Origin: Octopus vulgaris
Lineage: Eukaryota
Direction: 5' to 3'
DNA: 64,000 nt
NCBI GenBank assembly: GCA_951406725.2
Contig: OX597830.1
Location: 68,448,001-68,512,000 of the forward strand
Made by a program: the position numbers and the translations under genes. Under the pieces are notes generated by a model. That model was not told the DNA's origin and ran no database searches. It worked only from the letters and a program-made list of their open reading frames with translations. Each line of letters opens with the position of its first letter. The first letter of the stretch is position 1. Shown in pieces: positions 1 to 12,599 of this stretch.

Positions 1-168
1 CTTTCAGTAATATTCCTTTGTTTCTTGCTCCCAACCCATGAAACAATATCACTTTTCTCCTTTTCTTAACTTTTAGATGAAGTTCAAATGTCCAGGATGT
101 TAACTACACTCCATATGACAAACAACTTTCACTAATCTTAAACTTTCTCCTTGGTTCATTTTTTGTAG

Positions 169-214
169 ATCACTATCTTCTGAATCATCGGCTGAAGAAG
201 ACGAAGAATCCCAA
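169..214 (+). CDS. Candidate micro-exon A1 (phase 2-0, SLSSESSAEEDEESQ) of the TRPM-like gene N-terminus
   Basis: ttttttgtag acceptor and gtaatt donor; 46 nt; paralogous to the exon at 24916-24985, differing by two 12-nt in-frame indels. Confidence 0.6.
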
Positions 215-478
215 GTAATTTAATTTTTTCATTTTTTCTTTATTACTTCTGTTTGCACGAATTATGACTAATGTGTGTTTTGGAATTTCATCAAAGACTC
301 TGTTTTGACAGCAACCTTATAAATTTTGCTTTTGAATATCTTAATACATTTTCCAGTATACCAATGTACAGCTGATTATTATTTTTCACATATGTGGAAC
401 AGCGTTCTATTTCTCGTAGTGATAGATTAGATTACTATTTTACATAATCATAGAGCAAAATAAATTTTCTTTATTAGT

Positions 479-830
479 GGATGGAAGCACTCCGTCGGTT
501 CCGACGACGAGGGTTCCGGTTGATCCGATCAACGGAACAGCCTGCTTGTGAAATTAACGTGTAAGTGGCTGAGCACTCCACAGACACGTGTACCCTTAAC
601 GTAGTTCTCGGGGATATTCAGCATGACACAGAGAGTGACAAGGCCGGCTCTTTGAAATACAGGTACAACAGAAACAGGAAGAAAGAAGATCACCACCATC
701 CCCTGCCGGAGCCTCGTGGAGCTTTAGGTGTTTTCGCTCAATAAACACTCACAACGCCCGGTCTGGGAATCGAAACCGCGATCCTACGACCGCGAGTCCG
801 CTGCCTAACCACTGGGCCATGCGCCTCCAC
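479..830 (-). mobile_element. tRNA-derived SINE (octopus OR-type)
   Basis: Minus-strand head gtggaggcgcatggcccagtggttagg...ggtttcgattccc (A/B boxes); 11-bp TSD tctttattagt at 468-478 and 831-841. Confidence 0.85.
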
Positions 831-924
831 TCTTTATTAGTAGTGATTACTATATTACGCAATGGTTGAACCAGCTACTGACTTTTTTGTATAATTAGGG
901 TAAATTAGAACTTATATATATTTT

Positions 925-1196
925 TTTCTCACGTGATCACGTGACCGACCAGGCTTTCAGATGTTGCTACACATCGCTGGTCACATCGCATTGATTTTAC
1001 CTTCAAATGACGCCACCCCGCTGGCTAAATGAGCAGGCCAACAGAAGAAAGTTGCGGTGAAAGCGTACAGCAGGGATCGCCACCACCCGCTGCCGGTGTT
1101 TTCGCTGAATAAACACTCACAACGCCTGATCTGGGAATCGAAACCGCGATCCTACGACCGCGAGTCCGCTGCCCTAACCACTGGGCCATTGCGCCT

Positions 1197-1200
<4 letters not shown>
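925..1200 (-). mobile_element. tRNA-derived SINE, same head as 479-830 but a different 3' tail
   Basis: Near-identical tRNA-like head at about 1095-1200; tail ends ggtcacgtgatcacgtgag + oligo-A. Confidence 0.8.
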
Positions 1201-1240
<40 letters not shown>

Positions 1241-1325
1241 TGCCTTTAGCCCTGTTTTCCATGTCTATAGGTGCATATAGACGTGGGAATGAACTTTTTT
1301 GTGCGCGCGCGTGTGTGTGTGGGGT

Positions 1326-1373
<48 letters not shown>

Positions 1374-1389
1374 AAAAGTAATAATAATA

Positions 1390-2620
1390 ATATTAGGGAA
1401 TAAATCCAAACTTACAGGGAAAAAGTAGATTTAGGATTAAATCCAATTTTATAGTATAAATATATTATATTATATTATATTAAATTAGAGATAAAACCAC
1501 TATTAGGCAAATCAAACAGTGAAACGCATAAGCCATTACATAAAATTAATTTTAAAATATAAAATTCAAAAGAATTGTTTAAATAATTTAAACTTATTAA
1601 TTTTAAATATATATATACAAATGCATATATATTTATATGTATGTATATATTTATATTTATATATTATTTTATTTATAAATTTATTTAATTATTAATTTTT
1701 TAAAAATTATTATATAAATATCAAAAGTATTAAAAGTTTAATAAAAGTTAAAGAGTAAAACACTACGATCGTTTCATGGCTGTACGAATTCGAATAACAA
1801 TAATTTAAATTCAATTAATAATTCGAATTATGGTTACAGTCAATCTTCAGGTTAATTGAAATATAATAATTAAGATCTAAAATAATCGCTATAAATAAAT
1901 AAATATATATGTACATATAATAAAGACCTAATAAATTAATTTTTCATATTTAAAGATGAAATAGCTAATTTCAAAAATACAAACAAACTTAAACGAACTT
2001 TCGGAAATCTTATATTTAAAATACTTACTGAAATAATCAATTCGTAGTTATATAGTATCGAATAAATACTATAAATACTATAAATATATTTATCAATGGG
2101 AATAAAACTAGCAAATATCAATTTAAAAAGACAATAACTAAGTTATGCTATTAAGTTAGACATGGCGTGGACCAGTCTTTCGTCGAAACATATCTAAGTT
2201 TATCTAAGTTTATCTAATTTTAATTATAAGAAATTAAAAACTACAATTAATGCTATTAATACATGTATATACATAAACCTAACTTTAGACAACTCGTATA
2301 CTTGCTACCAAACAACATATCTATCGCTAAGTAATATCTTACGAATAAACTTAAATTTAATATCTAATAATTATATAGAAAATTACGATAATTAGATCAT
2401 TACATAAACAACAATAATTAGATCATTACATAAACAACGATATTTACACAAGAAAAATATTATTACACCAAAGACTTATAAAATATTAAAATTTACAATT
2501 TAAAGATCTTAAATATAAATAAAAACTTATCTTAGCGAGATTAATTTTATGTATTGGCTTATGTTTTTCACTGTTTGATTTGCCTCATAGTGGTTTTATC
2601 TCTAATTTAATATAATATAT
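1390..2620 (-). mobile_element. Non-coding PLE-like element with hammerhead motif and partial inverted terminal copy
   Basis: About 1470-1550 is the reverse complement of about 2540-2620; hammerhead core at 1762-1852; related ends at 7447-7600 and 7823-7920, all abutting (AAT)n/(TA)n. Confidence 0.6.
1762..1852 (-). ncRNA. Type I hammerhead ribozyme-like motif with long stem II
   Basis: Minus strand: ac CTGAAGA tTGACTGTA...AATTCGAAT...ATTCGAATT..TACAGCCAt GAAA CGATCG TA gt; palindromic stem III ACGATCGT; stem I only about 2 bp. Confidence 0.6.
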
Positions 2621-2907
2621 ATATATATATTTGGCGAATGGTGCGGGTGAGGTTGTGTGTGTTTCAAGTGAGGGTGGATGAGTGTATAATACTTTTAGGC
2701 GCATGCACGTTGGTGTGCGGGCACGCATGTGTAGGTATGAACATGCACGCTTACGCGAATACTATGAACCTTTTTACCCACTTACTTTTACTCCCTCCCC
2801 TCACTTAGCGGTCATTCAAATAGCTCTTTTGTCTTACTAACGGTCATTCACACAGTAATTTCCCTTTGTATAACGGTCGTTTTTCATAGCATTTTTTCCG
2901 ATGGCCG

Positions 2908-2968
2908 GATAACTGAAGAGATGGCGGCGTGGATTTCCACCTCGGCATCTGAAACTCGGAGTTTTATC
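2908..2968 (+). ncRNA. Type I hammerhead ribozyme
   Basis: GATAA CTGAAGA gatg..gtgga tt tccac..catct GAAA CTC G GAG TT TTATC: stem I GATAA/TTATC, intact core, quasi-palindromic stem III, GUU site. Confidence 0.75.
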
Positions 2969-3027
2969 ACAGCTACCGAATAATTGCCACATATTACATT
3001 TTTTTAATTATTTATTTTATTTTATCT

Positions 3028-3063
3028 AATTTCAGCTCATGAGCTGTGGCCATGCTGGGGCAC
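3028..3063 (-). mobile_element. Isolated 3' end of the CR1-group LINE
   Basis: tttcagctcatgagctgtggccatgctggggcac matches the LINE terminus at about 35410-35443. Confidence 0.7.
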
Positions 3064-3465
3064 TCCTCTATTTACATAATATCGAGGTCTCTTTCATTCT
3101 TTCGCTGTCTTATCATTTTTATCAATATATGTATATATATATATAATGTCAAACTGTACTCTTTCCTTTTGACTCGAACGCCTTCAATCTCTCTCTCTCT
3201 ATCTTTTATACAGGAACATGTGTAAAAAAACAATGAGTACAACACGTCTATATGCGCAATACTCACCTGCACGTACACACGCACACATCCACACGCGCGC
3301 ACAAAGGATTCCATATACACAAAATACGCACAAGAAAAAGGCAGTCTGGGGGTAGAATACAGAAAAATTATGTGTAAAAAATATATAAGCAATAAACCTA
3401 TAAACCAATATCTCTATAAATATGTAAAAAATGTATTCTATTTATATTTGTTATACATATATTTT

Positions 3466-3869
3466 GGATCTTTTCGGTTTGATCGGCAGTTTTTCTAGCG
3501 GTGTCGTATGAAATTGTAACCCATAATTATGACCCTAGTACCGATCTATTGCATGTCAATCTATTTTAGGGTTAGTTAGGGTTAGAGTTAGGGGTGGGGA
3601 AGGGTATATTTTTCTTCAGAAATGTAAATAAACCCAATCTGTTGGGACATATTCATACGGCACAGAATGTTGTTTACCTCAATGGACGTCAGTGATAGGT
3701 TGAAATTGCAGAAATTGAAGAAAAAAACAACAAATATCTTACAAACTATAGAATTTTCTCAATAAAGCCAAGAGAAAAAGATGTTTTATAAACACATTCT
3801 ACCAGTATACGAAGTTTTTTTATTTACGTAGAAATTATGTTAAAAACTGCTGTTCAAACCGAAAGATCC
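3466..3869. mobile_element. MITE (non-autonomous DNA transposon) with about 29-bp TIRs
   Basis: ggatcttttcggtttgatcggcagttttt ... aaaaactgctgttcaaaccgaaagatcc; flanks tatatttt/tatattta resemble a TSD; internal TTAGGG-like tract. Confidence 0.8.
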
Positions 3870-3879
3870 TATATTTATA

Positions 3880-4200
3880 CACGCCGGTCTAATTTCAGGT
3901 GAATATCTTTCTATTGCGACTTCTATGTTTCTTTTGCCAAAGTATGACGGTAAAAGAGCCAGCTTTTCGTCTGCAGGGTGATCGCAGAATCACCCCTAGT
4001 GTCGTATTCTGATATGAACTGTACCTCCACGCTACCTAATTTCTTGCCTCTTTTCATATATTGTAAATTGAACATAAGCTTTAAAACATTTTCCATTTCT
4101 TCGATAGACGCTATCTCTATTCTCTTATTTTTAAGAGATAGCGTTAAATTATCGTTCTTCTTCTCGTTTCTTGGGGTGGGGTAGTCAACCTCACGCTTGT
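3880..4200 (-). mobile_element. Decayed gag/ORF1-like retroelement fragment, same family as 8687-9952
   Basis: Minus-strand translation KRIEIASIEEME...YMKRGKKLGSVEVQF resembles RRIEIAPEFQIE...FINRGSQYGKVNVIF at about 9450-9600. Confidence 0.45.
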
Positions 4201-5065
4201 TGCTTCTCCCCGCAGAATTGGTTAAAATGTTTCCACGGCCTCCGTCCTGATATTCTATCTTCTTTGCCGCCTACTGACCGCTGCCGCATAATCATCCACA
4301 CTTTTTTACGAGTCGGTTTCGTACTCCGAGTTGAGATTCTGTATGAGCTCCGACACATCATACAAATCACTAGTCATTTTGTGCGGGCACAATCCCCATA
4401 CAAAACGCAAAAACTTCGCCCACAACAGGGGAACAAGAGGAAAACCAAGCTTGTTCAGGCGAACAGTGTGTCAAAAGACACTAAGTTTTCAAACACGAGG
4501 TAGTCCCGAATGAAACAATGGCAATAGAACGACTTCAAACAACAAACCTTCACCAATAAATAACCAACCGCAACACAAAGGCGTACCTCGCCGACTGAAA
4601 TTCTTTTATTAACCACATAGAGTTGAAACCCAGAGGGGACAGCATAAGGACAAACAAAACACAACAGTGGAGGAAAATTAAATCGAACGAAAAGAATAGT
4701 AATGATAAATGAAAATGTGGAATGACGTCTACTCGAACCCCACAGTTCAGTTAACGTCATTCAACATTTTTACAAAAATTTTTTAACACGTGTAAATTTT
4801 ATTTTTGTCTTTTTCTCCTTGCTGTGTGTTGCTTGTGTTATATGCTTAGTGATGTTAATTTGGTGTAGTGGGTTGGTTATCTTTCTTTTTCTTTTGATTT
4901 GTTTTTGCTGTCTGTGTTTGTAATGTCTATTGTCTGCGTTCGAATCTGTTCTTGTGCGTTCGTTTTTAAGCTTTTTACATTCTACTTTTGTTTCTTTGTC
5001 CTTGCTGTGTGTAGCTTGTGTAGTATACTCATTGAATATTAAAGAGCTCCTACTTGTTGCCTTCG

Positions 5066-5315
5066 ATTGAAAATAGGCGCTCCAGTCAGACTTCTGCGCA
5101 ACCTTTCTAAACAAAGGCTGTGCAATGGCACAAGACTTATTGCCATGAAATTATCAAGGAATGTCATAGAGACCACAATAATTTCTGCCTGTGGAAACGG
5201 TGAATATTCCTCGCTTACCTTTGATACCTGCCAATATGCCTTTCGAGTTCAAACGACTTCAATTTCCAATACGTCAGTCTTTTGTGATGTCCATTAATAA
5301 GCCCCAAGGCCAGAT
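5066..5315 (+). mobile_element. Helitron PIF1-like helicase fragment (frameshifted)
   Basis: LKIGAPVRLLRNL..LCNGTRL...IPRLPLIP..MPFEFKRLQFPIR.SFVMSINKPQGQ is the Helitron RepHel C-terminal helicase motif series. Confidence 0.85.
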
Positions 5316-6913
5316 TTTGAAAGAGGAACAATGACAAACTTTTCATTTTCGCCCTACTATTAAAACAGGAGAAATTGTCTATCAAGAAGATTTTGCATAT
5401 GAACAACAAAACAAAAATTTGCAGAAGGAATAACTTTGAATTGATATTATCAAGGTCATAATTTATTCGTCTTAGAAAAACTATTTGTATTTTTGTTTGT
5501 TGTGATACTTAAGTTTAGTAAATTATGTTTTTAGTTTTCCTTAAACTTATATTTAGTTATCTTGTACTTGGCATTAGTCAAAGCCTGTGCGATGTTTGTT
5601 TCCTTTATAGACTGAAATACCGGAGATCATAGTTCAGGGGGTTATATGCACCCATGATGATATTGGCCAGAAGGAAACAAATGAAAGTTGACAGTCATTT
5701 CTTATATGTTGGCCAGATGGATACAACTTTATCATTTACATGAAGGTTAACAACCATAACAGTCATTTCTTATATACGTTCATGCTTTTAATAAAACAAT
5801 TCCCATTTAAAGGAGAGTTACACGGATTTTACAATTACATTATGGGTCAAATTGTTCCGAGACATCGAAGCTTTTACAAGAATAATCACCTTAAGCGTTC
5901 CTGCTAGTCACAGATATAAAAGTTTTCAAAAGAAGAACGCTTGTGGTTAGCTATTCTTATTGTGAAAACTTTTTTATAAACCAGGAGAACACAATTTTTT
6001 AAAGAAAACTAACGGTTTAGTGGAAGAAGCTGATCATAATGTAATTTAAGGAAATGGGAACAGTACTTTAGGTGGAAATTGTTTAATCAAAAAGCACATT
6101 CTAAAGCATTAAAGCGGTACTGTATCTTTTAGGAAGTCAAAAGTTATAGGCCGGTCATAGAATGAGCATTGATATCTCTCCGATAAAGTGCTTAGCAGTA
6201 TAGGTGACTCTTCTGACACAAATAACTGATGCGCCTTCAGTAATTTAAGTCTGACGAGTGGTCACCTATACCTAGATACAGCTCAACAAGAAGTCCCTAC
6301 AAGAATGATACCATGATACCACAAATCCGAAGTATCCAGCATGACAGTGGTGGCGTCCTTGCATGTAGATATGGTTTTCCTGTGACCTAGTTCCAGCGAA
6401 GGACCCCACAAAATCTCCTGTCTATACAGTAAAGCTTCCAACACCCAAACTTATAAGAGAGTGAAGAGAGGGTATCCTCGGCAGACCGAACGTTCGATGC
6501 TGAAAGATTACGAGAGGGCCTATTTAAGTTGATTACGAAGCAGATACTGCATTGTGGTGATCCAGCCTCTGAATACAAAACATTTACACAAACATCGCAT
6601 CGCAAATACTGAACCATATAAAAATACAATAATTGTAGATGAGATTGCAAAATTCTATTGGGAAACAATGATAATAAATATGTTCAGATCACAAAAACTA
6701 AACTGAAAGCACAAATTACTTTTTAAATAAATGTATTTTTCTGTGTTTATATGTGTGTGTAGATTATTAGTTGTAGTTATTTTTTGTCTTTCTGCATACT
6801 ATTGTTACTTATATACCTCCTTCTTCATATTACTTAAATCTTGGTTTTAACCGCTAAAAGATTTCACTCCGTCATTTTGTTTAGCAAATAATATTGTTTG
6901 TATTATTTTCTAG

Positions 6914-6957
6914 ATAGGAGGAGAAGAGAAAAGGAAGCTACTGAAACATACTCGAAA
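6914..6957 (+). CDS. Candidate micro-exon B1 (phase 0-2, IGGEEKRKLLKHTRK)
   Basis: tattattttctag acceptor and gtaagt donor; flanking intron homologous to that of exon 18912-18967. Confidence 0.55.
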
Positions 6958-7711
6958 GTAAGTAGACATTTTCAAATAACGTTTCCTTATCGTAGAATAA
7001 ATTCACTGATGGAAGATGAAAGACAATAGAGGGTCAGGGAATAATATCTGACAAGCATAAGACAATTAGGCAGTTAATAGCCTAAATAACCTTAATTCCT
7101 TACTTATTATAAATACCACAACCACGTTGTCGCTATATTACAGTATATAGACACATATAAACACATGATCGCTTATTGTTCGGACACTGTATTAAAGCTT
7201 CATCCAAATGTAAATTTTGTATTGTGATAATTCTCTATTCCTTCTCCATTTGTTCCTTGGTAACTCCTATTAGGAAATGAAAAAAATGTCCAATGGGAAA
7301 CAAACAACGCCAACAATTTTTCCAGTTTACTGTTTCGAGATGTCTATCTATCTATCTATCTATCTATCTATATGAATGTATGTATATATACATGTATATA
7401 TATACATATATATATTTATATATAATAATAATAATAATAATAATATTATTAGGGAGTAAATCCAAACTTACAGAGAAAAATTAGATTTAGGATTAAATCT
7501 AATTTTATAGTATTAATATATATTATATTAAATTAGAGATAAAACCACTATTAGGCAAATCAAACAATGAAAATCATAAGCCAATACATAGAAATAAAAT
7601 TAATTTAAAAAATATAAAATATAAATATAAAAAATATAAAATTCCAAATTAAAATATTTAAATTAAAGTTAAAATTTTAAAAATTATTTAAATAATTTAA
7701 ACTTATAAGTT

Positions 7712-7820
<109 letters not shown>

Positions 7821-7920
7821 AATATTAGGGAGTATAACTCCAAACTTACAGGGAAACATTCAATTTAGTATTAAATCAAATTTCACAATATAAGTATATA
7901 GTATATATAAAAACATAAGC

Positions 7921-9960
7921 CTGCTGAACAAGCTGTGTGCTTTTGCAAAAACGCAAAAAATTAACGATAATAGTAACAATTTTAGTAGTTCGACGTACCT
8001 GGCCAGAAGCCTTCAACAAATTAAACCACTCAACGATTGTTCTTTCACGGAGAAATTACGAATTAATTTTAATTCCAAGGCACAAGGCCCAAACACAGAG
8101 GGACACACATACACATGCGGGGATAAATAAACACATGAAAAGATGAATGAAAAGTGAAATAATTATAATGAAGATGATTTTGATAAACAGGCACATCCCA
8201 GCCCCGCTCCGAGATGACCACGAGGTTATTCGTTCTTTTAGAACTTAAAATTTAAAAACTTTTACAAAGGTTCACAATTTTTAAAAATCAGTATGAACAC
8301 AAAAGGATTTAACACTGTCTTATTTACAGTCTTTGAAACAGATGATACTCACCACTTTATCTTTACTTTTATCTCCACAAATTCCACCACCGGGGTGCAA
8401 GGTTCAGCATCCACCTCAGTCCCCAGCGGATTCACATCCGATGGAAAGACCTCCTTTAACGAGCTATACTTAGTGTTACCCATCAAGATAATCTTATGTT
8501 CTTGTCATAGCCTTCTTCTAAGTTCACCTTGATAGTCTCTTTCCATCTTGAAATATTTTTCTCTATTATTTGCGATGTCGTATATGTCACTAGGAAATAT
8601 TTGCTTCTGTGTGTTTCCTGTGCATTGTGACTGTGACTCTGTGTTATTATGCTTTTGTAGTTCTGTGTTTTCTTGTGTTTGTCTGTCTAAGATTTTTTGT
8701 GCTTGTATGTCTGTATGATTGTGTGACTGTAAACCTGTGTGTTTCGTATGTGAGTCTGTGTTTTGGGGTATCTGTACTTCTGGGTTATCTTGTGTCTGTT
8801 TGTCTGCATCTCTGTTTTTCTGTATATCTGAATGTTTCTGTGTTTGTGAGTCTGACTGTTTGTGAAGTTTAACGACTTTGTGTTTCCTTGCAAATGTTGA
8901 TTTTTCTCTGACACTCTTCTTAGGCGCTCCCACTGGTGAACTGTTTCTACTTGTCTTTCTTTTGCTTTATACTTGTTAGGATCCATTGTCGGCGGAGACA
9001 TTCTCCTTTCTCTTTTCTTCGCCTTAACCTCCAAAAATTCATTCTCCTGGATTATGTCCTTCTCCTCTATTATATCTACAACTTCCAATAATCTAGGGCA
9101 CTTTCTTTTTAAGTGCCTCCTCTCGCCACATCCATAAGATTTTGAAGACCTTACAGTCATCATTATCTTCAATTTGTATCCGTTTGGAAGCTCTGCTGTC
9201 TCTGGTATTTCCTCACAGTTCAATTCCACCTCGTAATTCCACCAATTCGAAAATTGGGTCCAGTTAAACCTAATTCTCTCCATATTTCGGTAGCCTCCTC
9301 TCTCACTTTCTGTAAAGATTGCTGCTATTATCCGTTCTGGTTCAGTCCACGGTGGGATTCTTCCAACTCTAATTTTCACTAACATTTTCCTGGTTTGTCG
9401 GGTATGAGAGTCCACCTATTTCCTTCTATCACTTGGCCGTTCCTCTTTGCCGCCTCCACATTTTCAAATATAACATTTACCTTGCCGTATTGGCTTCCTC
9501 TATTTATAAAAAAACACTCTATCCATTCAGCACTATACCATTGCTTCTATTTGAAATTCAGGTGCTATTTCAATCCTCCTGGATTCGTTGGAGAATGTTC
9601 TGTATACTATTGTTGAATTCCTTAACATTTTCTTTTTCTCCTCCGACATTATAAGCTTCACATTCGTTGCTTCTCTTTCTACTTTGCTCATGTATCTCTT
9701 CATCTTTTCAGGGTCCCAATTCAACGACTTCGGTGTTAGGCTTCTTAATTTTTCCTTTTCCGGGTCTTCCGCTGTCGCTTCCGCGTAGCTCTTCATTTCT
9801 AAGTTTTCTTTTACCACCAAACGTCGGCTTCGCACGCATCTTCGATTAGCTTCTCTCAAAAAACAACAAAAACCTGGAGTAGCATGATTTGCTAGCTGCA
9901 GATACCTGTCTAGACCTTGTAAACATATATAATTCCAGTGAAATAAATCCACTGATCACA
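7921..9960 (-). mobile_element. Decayed retroelement carrying a gag/ORF1-like frame with a CCHC-knuckle remnant and no RT
   Basis: Frameshifted ORFs 9533-9952 and 8687-9415 with SYAEA start motif and (S)YGCGERRHLKRKCP zinc knuckle, followed by a Q/T/K-rich low-complexity tail. Confidence 0.55.
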
Positions 9961-10016
9961 AAAAATAGAAATATTAAATTTCTAAATATCTCAGAGAGAT
10001 ATAAGCAGTGATGGTA

Positions 10017-10110
10017 TCCCATAAAGGAAATCACACTACCGCTATTTAGCCCTACGAAGCGTTGATGCTTCCTAGGGCTAGATAGCGGTGGTGTGATTCC
10101 CTTTATGGGA
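10017..10110. repeat. 44-bp-arm inverted repeat (hairpin or collapsed MITE)
   Basis: tcccataaaggaaatcacactaccgctatttagccctacgaagc-gttgat-gcttcctagggctagatagcggtggtgtgattccctttatggga; 40/44 Watson-Crick. Confidence 0.9.
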
Positions 10111-10599
10111 CTGTCACGTTAAGTTGACAGTATACAACTGCTCTATACAGAATTTTGAAGAACGAAAATTGTAAGTTCAAAAATGCTCCACAAGAGGATG
10201 TAGAAGAATTTTTTACAAGAGAAAAAAGAATTTTGCCATTGTTGCGGTAATATTTGTGTCGGAAATGGCAGCAAGAAATCAGACACGCATACCTTGTGAA
10301 ATTTACTGGTTTCACAAGAAGAAACTAATAGAATAAGTACCAGGCTTATCAACATAAAAAAAAGCACTAGGCTGTCTCATATTTTTGTTTGCCCACTCAG
10401 TTGTATCTATCAATTTATCTTTGTGTGCATATACACGTTGCCCGTGTTATGTGTAATTGAAGAATTAGACTTTTCTGTTATATTTTCTGTAATGTTTCGA
10501 ATTTCATCAAAATTGCAGATGAGGGTTATTTCCCTCTTTACACAACCTAACAAAATTGTAATCGTACCACATGTATCCCATACTAATGGTTTTTATGCG

Positions 10600-11935
10600 C
10601 ATATTCCAAAATTCTTGTCTTATAGAACCTGTTAAAAGGATTTTGCTCCTGAAAAATGGAGGTCATGGAGCACTCTAAAATGTGAGAGTTAAGGCCCCTA
10701 TTGGTGGGGGTGTCTTAATGTCAAGCAGAGAAGTTGAATTGTTGAGAATCTTTTTAACTTGGGTCTTATATCTATTGCTTGAATTTCTTTGAAATAGGAA
10801 ATATATGTTCACTGGGTTTGTAAAATAGAGCAAAGCTACAGGAAACCAAAAGACGAATCATCACAATAAGCAGTCAGCTACCCTACGCCAGTAGTTACCA
10901 CTCCCAATGTAATATTCCCAATGTAGTATTACAGCCGTAAGATGCATTACGAATCTATAGTAATTGGAAGGGCGTGACCCAACTGAAATAAACATTAACA
11001 ACTGTGTGACGTGAGGGCTAAGGATAAATGAAAGTTGGAGTTTGCAAATGACCACTGTACAGATACGTAACTGGACAGAATAAATTTACAATCTATAAAT
11101 GTCTTTGAATAACAAGTCACTCATCTGGGAAGGCCTTGTAATCAATGTTACTCTCTGGGGACTATGTGTGACTCAGTGATAATAAAAAGACTGAAAGGAG
11201 GTCTGCAATCAAATAACTTTACTCAACACTTTGCAACTGAATCAGCGGAAGCAAAGATGCCTCCCATTTTCTTGACAATTTATGCACCACATTGCAGAAA
11301 TCACAATCTAAGTGTATGCCAAAGCAAACTCTTACACTGTTGTACCATTGAATTACAAATAATGCTCATCTTTATGCTCGGGTGACCCTACAGCTTCCAA
11401 GAGTACAACTGTATTCGTCTTTGCTTAGATAAAATGATTAAATTGTGGGTATTAAGTCCCCATTAAGGGGTCTTTCTAACTTGCAAGAAGATAAAACTTT
11501 ATAAATATTACTTCATTTGTATCTAATATCTATGGTTAAAATTTCATCAGCAGCAAAAATATATGAATTGTCATGGGGGTTATGGCCCTTATGCATAGAA
11601 TATAATTCCCAAATTTCGTAAAGATCCATTCAGTACTTTTGACCTAATTTTGGATCATAAAAGAAATGACTAAAATTTGGGAGTTAAGGCCCTCAATATG
11701 GTGTCTTAGAATCCTCATATGAAGTGGAATCTTTGAGAATACTTCTTGATGTGTGTCAATTACTTATGGTTGAAATTTCATCAACATCGAAAATTTATGA
11801 ATTTTCATGGGGGGTTCTTCCCCCTTTAAGCCATCTGAAATTCAAACCACACATTGCATTATACCCGCCCATATGCATTGAATCTAAGTTTCAAATATCA
11901 TAAGGATCCATTCAGTAATTTTGGTCCATGAAATT
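10600..11935. repeat. Degenerate repeat of roughly 235-bp period (satellite-bearing non-autonomous element)
   Basis: Recurring gagttaaggccc, atggtt(a/g)aaatttcatca...tcatggggg and aagatccattcagta motifs at about 10684, 11446-11640 and 11680-11930. Confidence 0.5.
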
Positions 11936-12599
11936 GTATGAAACACACAGCATTGCCCTTCTCCCTAGGCTTTGATTTTGTGTTCTAAATTTCATTATGA
12001 TCGGTGCAGCAGTTTTTGAATACCCAAGTAACACGCGAACTCACATAAAGACATTGACGTTGATATAATAGATATGAATAATGTTGAAAAAAGCCAGCGA
12101 AACGCAGAACATAAACAAATGTGGCGTTAACAAAAAAAAAAGCACGAAGGAGTTCCAACAATAATAATCCAACAATGCAACACTCACGTACGAAATGAAC
12201 TACTCCAAAGGCGAAGAAATTTGGAATGCCAGGAATGCGGTTCAAGTTAATTTTTAGAGCCATAACCTCCACGAGATGCACGTGCATTTCGGTTTTCTTT
12301 TCAATAGTTTGCGACTGCTACCCACGACATTCAACGCAGCTGCATTTTGGCGTCCCGTTTCACGAAAGTCTAAAGACTGCCTGTAATTTGGGTCTCAGCC
12401 ATAAATCAGCAGGTTTGGAATATTTACTCTTACATCACTGAAATATATTTAGAATATAACATGACATTTGAAAAAGATTGCGTTTCTTTTGCGATTCAGT
12501 GTACATTAGGAAATCGTACATAGTGACCACACAGCAATGCCAAATAATATCATAAGCACTGGGAGTGTAAGATACGAAGTCAAACGTAACGAAAAGGAA

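Noticed and set aside
755-830. tRNA genes (also about 1125-1200, 53120-53190, 54248-54320)
   Set aside because: They are SINE heads followed by SINE bodies and TSDs, without complete acceptor stems.
3566-3594. True telomere or fusion site
   Set aside because: Only about four imperfect units, inside a TIR-bounded MITE.
5790-6670. Possible P-element/THAP9-like transposase relic
   Set aside because: Only vague motif resemblance across many stops; not supportable without a search.
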